NCBI GenBank assembly: GCA_964016885.1 | Contig: OZ024741.1 | Coordinates: 145,266,001-145,330,000, forward strand | Source of the DNA: Eledone cirrhosa | Lineage: Eukaryota | DNA: 64,000 nucleotides | Direction of reading: 5' to 3' | Part shown: positions 1 through 13,812 of the stretch, piece after piece | Numbering within the stretch: position 1 is the first letter of the stretch | How the letters are laid out: every line of letters starts with the position of its first letter | The notes under the pieces: model-generated | What the model saw: the letters and a program-made list of their open reading frames with translations, nothing else | Databases searched by the model: none | What the model was told of the DNA's origin: nothing | Position numbers and translations under genes: made by a program

Positions 1-639
1 AACCAACTGCAAATCCAACAACTGCAACAGCAGCACCAACACCAGAAAAAAAAAAACAATGACAGCAGAAGGAACACTACAACTATTAACAATAGAGAAT
101 GTGAAACATACCCAGAATGTTATCAACGAAGCACTGCCTCTCCCTCTGTCTCGCTGTCTCCTCTAAACACAAATACATCCATAGACACTCACACACACTC
201 TCACCCATATCAGAGACAGAATTCACAAACACAGGTCCTCCTCATCATCAGGATGTGGGGGGACCCTGAAACCCCCACCAAAACAAAAAATAAAACACTC
301 ACTCAAAAATGATCTTCCCTCATGCTGACACACTCTCCAGAAAGCACAGAAAACACGTCCACAACAAATACTGACACATCTACTACAACACCAAAGCCTC
401 CAACACAATAATCGTCAATGCAATTAATGCTACCACCATCCCTACCATAACTACCCACAAAACGTAAACCCACACAACAACATGAACCAACCACACAGAA
501 ACCAAACTTAATGCTAGTGACGAGGTCTAATGAGGAATTGATGGCACTCATAGCATGAAGTAAAAATAGCGAGAGAGATGAGGAAATTTTTGGCACCAGG
601 ATTTTTAAGGTGCCACAAAATGACCCTTTAATGTTACTG

Positions 640-2800
640 GGTACTGGAATGGCATCTTAGAAACATGCTGGACTGTATGAGAGTAGCTGATAGAAGCATG
701 GGGTTCAACAGTTTCAAGAACCTTATGAGGCAGTTACAAATCTCTGACAGGCACCGGCTAGATTTCCTAAATGTACCAGTGTGGATATAGATCAATGACA
801 GAGTGTTATCTATATCTTATTTAGATAGGTTTTTTATTGGGTTAGCAGAAAGGGATAGCATATAATGTTTACAATTTCAAAGGGTCGTCTATACAGACCA
901 CAAACTCCTGATCTGCATGGTTGACCTAGATAGAACACGTAGACAGGGACTCAGTTACTGGAAGCTTAACACATCATTCCCAGCACATAAAGCCTACAGT
1001 GACTGGATTAGCACATTAGTTAAGAATCAGTTGTCAGGATCATTTGTCAACAACAAGTGGTGGGGTAGTCGCAAGAGAGTGATTAGAGTAGAACTAATAG
1101 CATTTAATAAATAAGTAGTAAGAAGAAAAAATAGAAAAGTGGAAGTTAGTAGCTAAATCAGAAGAGGCAATTAGGAGTGGCATTGCAAATGACATACTAG
1201 CTGTGAGAATGGCACTAGACCATTTCTTCAATGTGACACATGAAGGCTACATTGTCAGAGCTAAAGCTATGTACTCTAAGAAATGAACAAACAAAATCTG
1301 TTCAATGGGTCTGAATGGCAGAGGCACAGTGTAACATGAAAACCAGAGCTTGGGCTTTGATGGTCCAAGACAGGTGCATGCTACTTAGTTTCAAGCAGAT
1401 GTGTGCAGTCTTTTAGCAGCACTTTACACAACTGTTCGGAGTGAGTGGGGGATCGGAGATGGGAGTCGACTACAGTTCCTACTGTGACGGCCAGTCACAA
1501 CTCTCTGTGGCTGATATGGAGTGCTGCAAAAAGCCAATAACAGCAGCTGAGATTCGGGAGGCCTTAGCCAGTTCTATGAGACAGAAACCGACTATGAGTT
1601 ATATATATACATGCCAGCTGTTTTCTCCAAGCTCCTTGAAGCCATCTACAGTAACTGGCAGCAGAAGGTGGGTATTTACAGTTCATAGTAAGGCTGATGA
1701 GAAATGACAAGAGCACAGATGAGGTTATAAATAATTTCTGGTCAATAACTCTGCTCAACACAGTTTAAGATTTTGGCCAAAGTGCTAGCAATGAGATTGG
1801 CACGTGTCATCAAGAGTCTGCTGGGAGAGGTGCAAATATGTGCAATCCCGACCAGTTCCATACACGATAACTTCCACTTCTTGCAATATATCATAGAAAG
1901 GGCAGGGAATAAACCTGTCTTCAGTGGTGCTCTGATCAGTTTGGATCAATCAAGATATTTCGATAGGGTTAATCATCAATACCTGGAAGCTCTCATCAAA
2001 GCAGCTGGCTTTGATCTCATCTTCAGAGGCTGGATCACAGCTATGCACAGCAGCATCTACTTGGTGGTGAAAGTAAATGGCCACCTATCAGAACTTTCCA
2101 AACCATGCTGTGCTTAGTCCGTCAAAGATGCCTTCTCTCCTCTCTTCTGTGCACACAGACACTTGAGCTAATACTGTGAAAGCTGGAGCTGTTGCAGGGC
2201 ATCTGACTTGAACAGGGACAAGGAAGGGCTGCATCGGCATGTGTGGATGACGTTACTATGATGTTGTCAAATGCCTCAGAAACTGAGATGATCAGCAGCT
2301 TCTCAGAGAAATATAAAAGGTTGACGGGAGAAAAGATCAACCTGGAAAAGTTAGCGGGTTTGAAGCTCAGCACCTGGAGAGGTAAATCTATGCTGTTCAA
2401 TAACATTATTGGATGCTAGACAGACAGACCAGTAAAGTTGCATGGAGTCTGGTTTTGGCGAGACCTCCAGATGGATAAGAACTGGGATGAGGTAATAGCA
2501 GTGTGTTCACCATTCTCATCCAGAAATAGACCGTAAGGAAGCTATCTCTGAAAATCAGGCAGAAGAGGCAAACTTGTATATCATGTCCAAGAATTTAGAA
2601 TGGAGAAGGGCACGTTATAGGGTGCTCTTGGAGAGTAGGGTGGTTTAGGATCTGTTGGGTTCATAAGTTACCCCTGGGTGGTGTTCCCACTATTGAGGAA
2701 TTTTATTGTTATAATTGTATTGTTTATTGTTATTGGTTATCGTCTTTTTACTTGTTTTATGTAAATCGTCAGTCTCTGTGTTTTGTATTATCCTCTATGT
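640..2800 (+). mobile_element. Decayed Tx1-like (L1 clade) LINE ORF2 (APE endonuclease + RT), many stops and frameshifts
   Basis: Fragments YLDRFF, YTDHKLL, YWKLNTS (917-1114), then ITLLNT..ILAKVLAMRL..LGEVQICAIP..SIHDN..ISLDQSRYFDRVNH (1773-2117) and ACVDDV. Colinear with the younger copy at 53717. Confidence 0.85.
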
Positions 2801-3172
2801 TTTATTAATATTATTATTATTATTAGTAGTATTAGTAGTAGTAGTAGTAGTTTTATTTAAACTGTGTGCTGTTACGACAGAATCAAAAACAGCTCAGTGC
2901 ACTCTGGGAAAATGTATTTTCATTTTTTTAAAATTATTGTCTTCCATGTGTTAAGTGGTTCAGTGTTATATTATAATTTGTTAAGTAGATTCTGATTATT
3001 ATTATTATCATTATTCTTGGCAGCATATTTAGACTGTCATACAAAATGCTTTGTTGTCTGGCTTATTACAGTCTAATTTCTAATCCCATAGAGGTCATCT
3101 TTGTTTTCTATCATACCAGGCTCAATAAAATAAAGTACCATTTAAGTACTGGGATCCATTTAATCAACTTAC

Positions 3173-3304
<132 letters not shown>

Positions 3305-3734
3305 TGGAGATTAGAAAGAGACATTAGGGAGAAACTGAAAGAAAAATGAAAAAAAGAGACTGATTTCACAGAATGAAAGTTCATTTTAAAAGATTCTTCT
3401 TTGTTACTTTTCCCCCACTCCCAATCAATCAGAACTTTTAGTCTTTTTCCATTATGAATCCTTCCTCTTATACCTTTTGCAGAGATCAGACTTGGGATGT
3501 TTTTTGTTAAATTGTGACATGGTTTCAAGAAAAACAACCTGTTGGATTTATTAATCAGATATACATAATTCCTTCATTTCAAATTAAATATCCTGCAAGT
3601 GAATACTGCTGTAATTGAAAGAAAAAAATTGCAATTTACTCACCTGAATGGTTCAAAAGATTTGCCAAATATGAAAGAAAAAGAAGAAAAACAAATAAGT
3701 CATGTTTAGATCAGAGAAAATATAAAAAAAAAAC

Positions 3735-3955
3735 ATTAATTTCAAATTTAGGCACAAGACCAATAAATTTTGAGGGAAAGGCAAAGCTGGTTAAAGTAAC
3801 CACAGTACTTGACTGGTACTTTATTTTATCAACCCTGGAAGGATGAAAGGCGAAGTTGACCTTGATGGGATTTGAACTCAGAATGTAAAGATTTAGAACA
3901 AATATCATGATGGCATTTTATCCAATGCACTACAAATTTTGCCAATCCACTGCTC
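3735..3955 (-). mobile_element. tRNA-derived SINE, Meta-domain type, diverged
   Basis: ctggtactttattttatcaaccctggaaggatgaaaggcgaagttgac..ggatttgaactcag is the reverse complement of the family body and B box seen at 43927 and 56225. Confidence 0.8.
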
Positions 3956-4319
3956 TATGAAAATGTGTAAAATATTAATTTAGATCAAGTGGTTATCCAA
4001 CAAGTCAGAACTAGGTAGATAACATATTTATAGCATAAACACTACTGAATCACAAAGACTAGACATTTTCTCAGGGCTATAAACTACATAAGATCTGAAC
4101 ATGTAGCTTTGTGTTTAACAAGTTTGCTTTGCAACAAAGTGGTTCTGTATTTTATCCCACTGCACATCACTTTGGGCAAATATCCTCTATTATAGCATTG
4201 TGAGTAAAAGTGAGTACACAGAGATGTGTGCCACATGACCCTTGGATGCTTCAGTGGAATCCATTTTGTTTGCAAGCATTTGAGTCAGGCCTATAATATG
4301 AGGATAAATTAGCATCTTA

Positions 4320-4640
4320 ATGTGTCACTTTCTGTCTGTGGCTGTAACCTCTCAAAGCCTCCTTTGGCCATGACTGACCATGGGTTTGTTCCTGGAAACT
4401 TTCTCAGCCCGAGCAAGATGCCTTTTTGTGGAAGATCAGCAATTACCTATTTGTGTAAGTCTCCCCTCTTCCTTCTCCCCACCACCAATGTTGCTCAAGG
4501 GAAAAGTGAAAACAAATAAAGCTTGGAGCAAATGTGATTTATTTTTCTCAGCTGAGTGGACTAGAGGTGAACTAGAGTGGACTAGACATGAACTGAACTC
4601 ATGATTTTGTAATCACCCTAACCACTAAGCCATGTGATTT
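4320..4640 (-). mobile_element. Decayed CORE-type SINE with a different 3' tail
   Basis: Ends ..tttctcagctgagtggactagag..ccctaaaccactaagccatgtg, matching the head and core of the 13813 SINE on the minus strand. Confidence 0.55.
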
Positions 4641-4954
4641 CCCAAAATAACCATGTATCACTGTTTCTTCTCCACTTTCCACTGCCAGTCTCAATAAATT
4701 AGCATTTCACTAGAGTCACTGTATTTGCTGCTGAACAGAATACGTAAGTCTGCTAGCTTATATTTAATTTTTCCGAGACAGTATTTCTAATGTAATGCAT
4801 TTAATTTTAATTAATTAATAAAGAAGTTTGAGATACTTAGAAAAACTATTAATTTTTTTGTTACTAATATAATAACATAACACATGGTTGCTATATAAAA
4901 TTATTTTGGCAGATTTTTTTGATATTGGAATGTGTGGTTTTGTTTCATAGAATG

Positions 4955-5182
4955 AAAAAGCACCCAGGCCACACTATAAAGTAGTCATATAGGTGTCATG
5001 ACAAAAAGTACCCAGCACACACTGTAAATGTGGTTGGCATTAAGACAGGCATCCAGCCATAGAAACCTAGCCAGAAACAGTCCTATATGAGCAAGACACT
5101 GTCACCTCATCCTACTTGCCTCTAATGGGATAACCTGTCTAACCCATGCTAGCATGGAAAATGGACGTTAAATGATGATGGT
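4955..5182 (+). mobile_element. RTE 3'UTR / SINE tail fragment
   Basis: aaaaagcacccag..cacactgtaaa modules, ggcatccagccatagaaa, ccatgctagcatggaaaatggacgttaaa(tga)n. Confidence 0.75.
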
Positions 5183-6401
5183 GAGAATCAGAGCTAACAT
5201 TGGTAATGTTGGTATCAAAATGGTCAACTCGGTAGCAAAAAATAAAAATATAACAGGTTTTATTCCTACTTTACAATTGTGGAATCAGTAATAAGAATGG
5301 AATCAAGCTGTAACATTTCTAATAAGAGTGTCTTCAATAAATAAACATCTATACAATATAGTTATGAAATTTGATCATGGAGTATAAGTCTGTTATTAAA
5401 TAAGAATCACAATAGAAATTTTGGTTTTATTGGATCAAATTAAAATTTCCTCATCAATTAAATTAATAAATTGTAATTATAAATTTTAAATAAATTATGT
5501 AATTAATTGTATGCTTCATTCTTCCATAAATCTGAGCAAATTGATATTTTGAAAAGTTAATTTTATATGTAAAAATATATTCATATTCTTAAAACATGTA
5601 TTGTCTTTCTGAGACCAAATATGTCTTAAACATATAAATATATCTTCATACATATATAACCTTTAATTGGTTTTCCTTCTATATAGTGTCTAACATAATT
5701 GATGTTGGTTATTTGCTATCAACTTTACACAGCCATCTGCACTTTGTCAAAGTTTAATATTTTTCAAGCATTGAAGTGAAATTTAACCCTTTTGTTACAC
5801 TCTATTGGGCTAAATCTCCCTGAAAATTATGTTAAGTGTGCATGTGTCTCAACCAATTCTACATTAAATTAAGAGCAAGCTGTTCCTTTGATTGAACAAC
5901 TGACACAGCTGCAACTATCATCAAAACTAAAAGAGTTCCATTCCAGTTATCATTTGATGCTGCCCTGTAATGAAGTAAGGAGGATTGTCATTGTTTGCCA
6001 GAAGACATTGAGGAAAATCTGAAGTAGCTTAAAACCTTTGACAGAAAAGATGATGTTCTGGTTTTAAAGCCCACCAACCCCCCAAGGGAACCAATAATGT
6101 GGAATTAAGAATTATCCTATGATGTGTAATGAACATCAAGGAAACCAACCTCCCTAGCTCCTGTTGATATGATGATATACAAGGTAAGAAACATAAAGTT
6201 TTGTAAGATTTATAGATATTTTCATGTAAGACAAATATCTAGTTATCTAGGCAGAAGAAAATAGAAAAATAGTTACATAAACTTCTGAGAGGTAGATATG
6301 ATATGATTCTAGAGGAAGTGGAGGAGAGTGATTATGAGATGAGAAGGGTGGGGAGGGGTTATACATATGCATGTATGTGTGTGTGTGTGTGTGGGTCTGT
6401 G

Positions 6402-6433
<32 letters not shown>

Positions 6434-7189
6434 TGTACATATGTATATATATAGGGAGAGAGAAAGAGAGGGATGAAGCAACAGCAGAAAAATGAAAGAA
6501 ACTTGCTATAGGCAAATTATTAAAAAGCTTTAAATAGTGGACAAGGCAAAAGTGTAGATATGACTTAAAAAAGAAATGTTATCAGGAATAGTTTACAGAA
6601 AATAATATATAAATATATACATATGCAAGCTCATACAAGAATACATACATACATAACTACATACATACATAAACATCCATCCACTAGTATTCATTGTAAA
6701 TACGATGTCTTTGTTAGCATTAAATATCTTTACAACAGCAAATGGGTATGTGTTGACACGTTGAAATAAGTTCTTTCAATAGTTTAATATTGGTGTAGAG
6801 AGCATAGAATAAAATGCTATTGTGGTATTTGTTCTGGCTCAATACATTCTGTGTAGAAATCCTGCCAAGGTCAAATTTGCCTTTCATCTTTCCAGGGGTT
6901 GATGAAATAAAGAATCAGCCATATCTGTTGGCCTTGTGCCTAAATCAAAAATCAATATTGGAGTAGCATATAGCTCTTTAAGAAGTTAAATATCATACAA
7001 TGCTACATTTATCAATAAACACTTCTAAAAACTTGCTGGACATCATTAAACGTGCCTTCAAACGCATAAACAAAAGGATAAAACACAGTTTTCAGATAAA
7101 GCTTCTATCAACAGGACTGCATAGACATGTATAGAGTAGATTACTCTCACTTTTATTTTTACGAATAAGCTGAAGTATACATTCAGTGA

Positions 7190-7563
7190 AGCCTCCAGCC
7201 TACACTGTAAAGTGGTTGAGATGGTGACATAACAAAAAGTGCCCAGGCAACACTGTAAAGTGGTCTTGATGGCAACATGGCAAAAAGTGACCTGCCCACA
7301 CTGTAAAATGTTTGTCTATATGTCATGACAAAAAGCACCCAGCCCACACTGTAAAGTGGTCATGAAGGTATCATGACAAAAATCACCCAGTACTCACTGT
7401 AAATGAGGTTAGCACTAGAAAGGGCATCCAGTTGTAGAAACCAAGCCAAAATCAGTTCTGTATGAGCAAGGCATAGTCACCTGACATTGCTAAAAACAGG
7501 ATAACTGATCTAACCCATGCCAGCAAGGAAAAACGGAAATTAACTGGTGATGCTGATGATGAT
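7190..7563 (+). mobile_element. RTE 3'UTR fragment with ~5 tandem ~45-bp modules
   Basis: Repeated aaaaagYRcccagNNNacactgtaaagtggt units, followed by agggcatccagttgtagaaa and a (tga)n tail. Confidence 0.75.
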
Positions 7564-8026
7564 TCATTACCTTACTATTAGTTTCCCTCTGATTTGGTTC
7601 TGTAGATAATGCTTCATATTCCACAAATTTGTGTTATTCTTAAAAAATACAAATGAAAATATGTTTTTTTTGTATTTGCAATATGCATTCCTTCTGCCTG
7701 CAAAGTTTGTATTATTACCAGAACTGAGTGCTCATTTGGCAGAGCATGTTTAGATATTATTGTATTTAGATAACTTATATAAGACATTGTGAAATATCTG
7801 GGTAGGATTTTCTGGGGAGATACTGTACACTTCAAGTTAGAACTAGAGAAAGGAAAACTAAAATAAAGAAAAACAAAATGACAGTTGACAATTTTATATT
7901 TCATGAAATATAAAGTAAAATTGTTAACTATCATTTTAAAATTTTATTTCTGTTTTAATCTATTCAAGTATTAACACCTATATATTTATATATATAGGAG
8001 TTAATACTCAAATAAAAGTATTGAAT

Positions 8027-8376
8027 ATCATCATTTTTCATCATCATTTCATTTTACGTTCGCTTTTCCCTGCTTGCAAGGGTGGGACGGGAACTGATTC
8101 TGGCTTGATTTCTACAGCTGGATGCCCTTCCTAACACCAACCTCATTTACAGTGAGTGCTGTGTGCTTTTTTTGCCGTGGCACCTCCACAACCACTTTGC
8201 AGTGGAATGATATGGACCTCAGTCCCTATCATCTCATTTTTACAGCTGAGTAAACTGGAGCAATGTGAAATAAAGTGTCTTGCTCAAGGAAACAACACAT
8301 CACCCGGTCTGAGAATTGAACTCACAACCTTTCGATTGCAAGGCCAATGCTCTAACCACTAAGCCATGTGCCTCCA
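8027..8376 (-). mobile_element. Full-length tRNA-derived CORE-type SINE (octopus OR-like)
   Basis: Reverse complement of the 13813-14163 element: A box, B box, CORE-like block, RTE-like tail. Confidence 0.9.
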
Positions 8377-9276
8377 TAAAATATATATATATATCATCAT
8401 CGTCATTTAACATCCATTTTCCCTGTTAGCAAGGGTTGGACTGGTCTTCCCAGACCAAGTCAGTGCTCAAGAAGAGCTACCGACCACTTAAAAGAACTGG
8501 AGATTCGAACCTTGGTTACATACAATCCCACACTCTACCTAGTGCATTATATATATACACACACACACATATATATATCATTAAATATGTATGTATGTAT
8601 ATATATATATATACACAGAAACAAAGAAACAAACACACACATATACCCATATATATGTATATATAAATATACTCTTAGACATGAAAATTCATATGATCAT
8701 GGATAATTGTTTGTATGAAATTAATTGGTAATTTAAACATTTAAATTTTAAATGACGCAAAAATGTAAATATATGATAATGAAAATCTTTCATGTGCGAA
8801 GTTATCAAAAAGTATAGTTCTTTTATGTGAATCTTGTTTTTTCACCCCGTGTCTATAATTTATCACACAACCAACCACATGTTTCCTCTACATAATTATC
8901 TGTCTCTATTTCTTCCATTTTATATCTCTATGAATGTGTATATATATGTATAAGCAGTGAAATGACAGAGTCATTAGAAAACTAGATAGAATTATTGGCA
9001 GTTCAATTCCTGCTGAAGTCAACTGCGCTTTGTATCCTTTCAAAAAGCATTAAATGACCAGTTCAGTACTGGAGTTGATTCTCCCTCTATCTCAATTTCT
9101 CAATATATATCGCTCTCTGACTCTGAAAGGAATCAACTGTGCTCAGACCTGGGAAATGAGAGTCTCTGTAAAAATTGAAAATACCCAAGATAAGCCATAT
9201 GTCACAATAGAACCCTTATAACTGATTTTATTATCAAGACCCATGGCATGGTGTATATGTATGAATGTTTATGTAT

Positions 9277-9337
<61 letters not shown>

Positions 9338-9422
9338 AGCGTTTATGTATACATAAGTATGAACGTTTATGTATACATATATATATATATATGTATACAT
9401 AAACGTTCATACATATACACCA

Positions 9423-10151
9423 TGCAATCGAAAGGTTGTGAGTTCAATTCTCAGACCGGGTGATGTGTTGTTTCCTTGAGCAAGACACTTTATTTCACAT
9501 TGATCCAGTTTACTCAGCTGTAGAAATGAGATGATAGGACTGGGGTCCATATCATTCCACTGCAAAGTGGTTGTGGAGGTGCCACGGCAAAAAAAGCACA
9601 CAGCACTCACTGTAAATGAGGTTGGTGTTAGGAAGGGCATCCAGCTGTAGAAATCAAGCCAGAATCAGTTCCCGTCCCACCCTTGCAAGCAGGGAAAAGC
9701 GAACGTAAAATGAAATGATGATGAAAAATGATGATATTCAATACTTTTATTTGAGTATTAACTCCTATATATATAAATATATAGGTGTTAATACTTGAAT
9801 AGATTAAAACAGAAATAAAATTTTAAAATGATAGTTAACAATTTTACTTTATATTTCATGAAATATAAAATTGTCAACTGTCATTTTGTTTTTCTTTATT
9901 TTAGTTTTCCTTTCTCCGTGGAGGTGCCACGGCAAAAAAGCACCCAGCCCACACTGTAAAGTGGACGTGTAGGCACCACGGAAAAAAAGTACCCAGCACT
10001 CACTGTAAATGAGGTTGGTGTTAGGAAGGGCATCCAGCTGTAAAAATCAAGCCAGAATCAGTTCCCGTCTGAGAAAGACAAGGTCAGCTGACTGGACACT
10101 GCCCACAACAGGACAACCCGTCAAACCCATGCTAGCGTGGAAGAATGAAAG
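9423..10151 (+). mobile_element. 5'-truncated CORE-type SINE interrupted by a ~355 bp inverted templated insertion
   Basis: SINE head/core at 9423-9560; 9560-9916 is the reverse complement of 7846-8200; the SINE resumes at cgtggaggtgccacggc (9917) and ends in (tga)n. Confidence 0.85.
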
Positions 10152-10583
10152 TAAAACGGTGATGATGATGATATATCGTTATACTTTGGGAAGGTCATGC
10201 TGTCAAAAAAAACACATGTACCTGTTGGTTTTCACTTCAATTTATTATAAATTTCTGGTTGGTAGGTTCGATGATAACCGGATGGTTATTTATATATTGT
10301 CAAAGCTGTTTTGCCACTTCTCAGTAACTGGGTTTTTATTTTTTGTCACTCCTTTATTCTGTCCTACACCATTTTGTTTTTGTGTGTTGTGTTCTTGGTT
10401 TGCACATGTGTTACATCCAAGTGTGTGTGAGTGTTTTTATTTATTTATGTGTTTATTTACTTGTCATTAGTTGGTTGTTTGTTCTATCTGTGTGTGTCTG
10501 ATTTGTTTTATTAGTTTGTGTGTGTCTATATGTCTTCATTTTGTCCTTAATTACTAGTTGTGGTGTTGCTATTCTACTCATGC

Positions 10584-10618
<35 letters not shown>

Positions 10619-10849
10619 ATATGCTGTGTTTCTGAAATTGCTGATAGTGTGATAGGGGGCACCATCCAATTATAGCATACATCATGGCATTGGGCAATAT
10701 AGACATGGTGGAGCTCATCCCTCACCAGTTTTGAATACAACTGATTTTTGCTAGAGAGAGAGGACAATTGAGAAGGCAAAACAGAAGAAATAGCACCAGT
10801 ACTTAACTAATACTTTATTTATTAACATCAGGCAGATTTAAATACTGAG

Positions 10850-11068
10850 AGCAGGACAAAACCAACTTTCAGGAGACCCAGGGGTAGACCCCGAGCAAGA
10901 TGGTTGGATAACATCTATGAGCTTCTCTGATCTAACTTGGGGATCCAACTGGATCAGTTGGAGATGGTTGCTTCTGACAGAACCTGCTGGAAGGAGTGTT
11001 TGAGGACTCTGCCCCCACAACCCTCTCAGGAATAAATGGAAGAAGAAGAAGAAGAAGGAGAAGAAGAA
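10850..11068 (+). mobile_element. RTE (Rex3/Expander-like) 3' end with (GAA)n tail
   Basis: Encodes RRPRGRPRARWLDNI; homologous to 27812-28145. Confidence 0.75.
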
Positions 11069-11194
11069 GCAGAGAGATAGCTAAAACAAATAGTATTAAG
11101 CATTCTCTATTAGATGATCTAATGATTCTGCCAATTCACTGCCTACACGTATGCATGTGCGTTTGTATGTATATATATATATGAGCAAGGTCAG

Positions 11195-11997
11195 TTTTTA
11201 TCACCTTGTCCCAGGTTTTCTTGGTCTACCCACTCCGTAGCTTCCATCAATTTTGATCACTCTGCACTTTTTTATATAGCTGTTGTCCTTCATAGACATC
11301 ACGTGTCCATACCAACACAATCTCCTTTCCTGCACACAACATTTGATACCTCTTATGCTTAGTCTCTCTCTCTCAATTTGTTTACACATCCATTGGCACA
11401 TGCAAGCTTCATTTCTTTTTAATCTATGCAAGTCTTCTGCACACAATGCCCAGGTCTCACTATCAGTAATATTGCTGTTCGTATACAAGCATCATACAAT
11501 CTGCCTTTCCTTTTTAGAGAAAATGCCCTTTGTGGCCAACAGCGGTATTAGCTCTCTGAACTTTTTCCATCCTGTTCTAACTCTGGATACTGTACTTTCA
11601 GAATACCCTCCTCCACTGCTGATTTTATTACCCAGGTCACAGAAAGTGTCTACTATTTCTATAGAACCATCTGGGAAGTTGAAGGAGATAGTATTCAGTG
11701 GGCCCTTGCTACTTACTGCACCTGAGCATCTGCTACATATAAAATCTACTTTCTTAGATAGCTTACCTGTGATCCCACTACATCTTTTATGTACCCATAG
11801 TTTGCATTTGGGGCATATAATGGAATTTCTACCTACTCCCTTCTTACACACAGAGCATGGCCATTTCCTAGAGGGCATCTGTACCTTATTTTCCTTTCTA
11901 CATACTAGAACTTTAGTCTTAGACAAGTTAACGTTAAAGCCTTTTGATTCTAGGCCATGCTTCCATGTTTGGAATTTCTTCTCTAGTTCAGCCATAT
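11195..11997 (-). mobile_element. RTE-clade LINE fragment (RT C-terminal region with Cys/His finger)
   Basis: ORF 11492-12040: ELEKKFQTWKHGLESKG..WPCSVCKKGVGRNSIICPKCKLWVHKRCSG..TGWKKFREL. ORF 11201-11488: SETW..RRLCWYGHVM..GRPRK. Confidence 0.92.
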
Positions 11998-13741
11998 TTG
12001 TTTTAATAATCAGGGTTGTTTGATCCAAGCAATCAATCAACTATGATGGATCAAATGAAATGCATAAATACTTTCTTAAGGTATTGCAGAGTGATAATCA
12101 AACCTGGAACCAAATGGTTATGAGGTGAATGTCTTAAACTTACACAAACACACACACACATACACATATATACACAAGAATGTATAAATGTTAAACAGAC
12201 CTATAAATATCAAATATGAAAATATTCTAAAGAATAAAGGATTTACAGAAAAAATTATAAATAAAATTTTGAATTATAAAACATATTTTAAAAAATACAA
12301 GGAATGAAAAATAGTTCTGAAAGTTTTACTAAAGAAGAATCAATACTGAATTTGAACAGCATTGGAAGAAAAACTCGTTTAATATAAACCATTCTAAAAG
12401 AAATTTAAGAAAAAAAGATGAGTTAATAACGTTTAAATATGTTTTAATCTATAGTAGGTAGGATATTTTAAGTAAAATTTCATTTATGACAAGGTTAATT
12501 TAAAAAATGTATTCCTTAATCATGAGAGAGAGCAGTGTTCATGGCCCATTCCATGACACACAAATGTTTTGAGGGAGGCTCGAAGGTTACTTTGAACTAG
12601 GGACATGACATGAATACTTGCAATAGAGTGGGTACTGCTAAAGGTATCCAAGAGCCAGGTGAAGTTGTTAAAATGGGTAAACAATTAACTCTACCATTGA
12701 AGTAGCCATAGGAAGATTTAAATTCAGAAATGCCAGACGAATATAACAAGGCATTATTTTATAACATATTCTAACATTTTCACCAGTTCACTGCTCTAAA
12801 CTTGTGTTTTATTTATATATCCCAGGAGGACGAAAAGCAAAGTTGGCTTCAGAGGGAGTTGAACCTAGAATGCAAGGAGCTAGAATAAATATTGCAAGGC
12901 ATTGAATGTGGCACTCTAATGCTTCTGATAATCCACCATTAAACTGAAAGAAATATCAGATATAAGTGATGGAAATGTAAAAGAACCAACAATCTGATTA
13001 GCCTAATGGTATTACTGAGAGATATAATGAATGATAGCAGAATTACTAGAGAAACTACTGTCAGCATTTTTCACCTACTATTTACCAAGATACTTTGTGA
13101 AAACCAATAGATATTTTGAATGCCAAACAGACACTAGTATTAACCCTTTTGTTGCCATATTTTTGATGAAACACACTGTTTTGATTTAGTGATACTATTA
13201 TAATTTTATGTATATTACCAGATTGGTTCAACCAAGGCTGATCTAAACTAAATACAACAGCAACAGCAACAATAAAACAAACATCTCTATTTAGTCAGGA
13301 AGGAAAATGCTGTGTCCATAGCAATTTTCAGAGTGTCTAAGAGTAGTGAGAAGGAAGGAAGAACGAGTCTTCAAATCAGAGACTTGACCCAAACACTTGC
13401 AATTTTACTACCCTGAAAGGCAAGAGAGATCATCATTTTCTTAACTGTGGGCAACATAAAAAGCCATTGACAAGCTATCAACCATCAACCTTTACAACTA
13501 CCTCTTCATATGCTATACTGATATATCCATTCATGACTTCAGCTGATCGACAATTCATCTAAAGAGAATTTAGAAACACAATTCATAGTTACTGTTAAAT
13601 CAGTGTAACTTGGTTCTATAATCTACTTATCTAGCTCATCATACAAACTAACCATACAAGTTAAGGATTACAGAAACATAAAAGATGTGAAAAATAGAAT
13701 ATTTTGGAAACAAATATTTGGTGAAGCTCTACCAATATTTA

Positions 13742-13784
<43 letters not shown>

Positions 13785-13812
13785 CAAAGCTCTCCTAATA
13801 TGTATATATATA

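Noticed and set aside
1-640. A/C-rich stretch upstream of the old Tx1 ORF2, possibly ORF1
   Set aside because: Too decayed and low-complexity to assign.
3360-3700. Minus-strand splice-like signals (CAG|GTGAGT near 3643; polypyrimidine-CAG near 3610)
   Set aside because: The implied intron is only ~35 nt and no credible reading frame results.
5783-6190. TTAA-CCC start followed by coding-like sequence ending in AAG|GTAAGA
   Set aside because: All frames have stops and no recognisable piggyBac or host protein motif.
7190-7420. Regularly spaced ~30-bp repeats resembling a CRISPR array
   Set aside because: The repeats are degenerate, the spacers resemble each other, there are no cas genes, and they are modules of a eukaryotic LINE 3'UTR.
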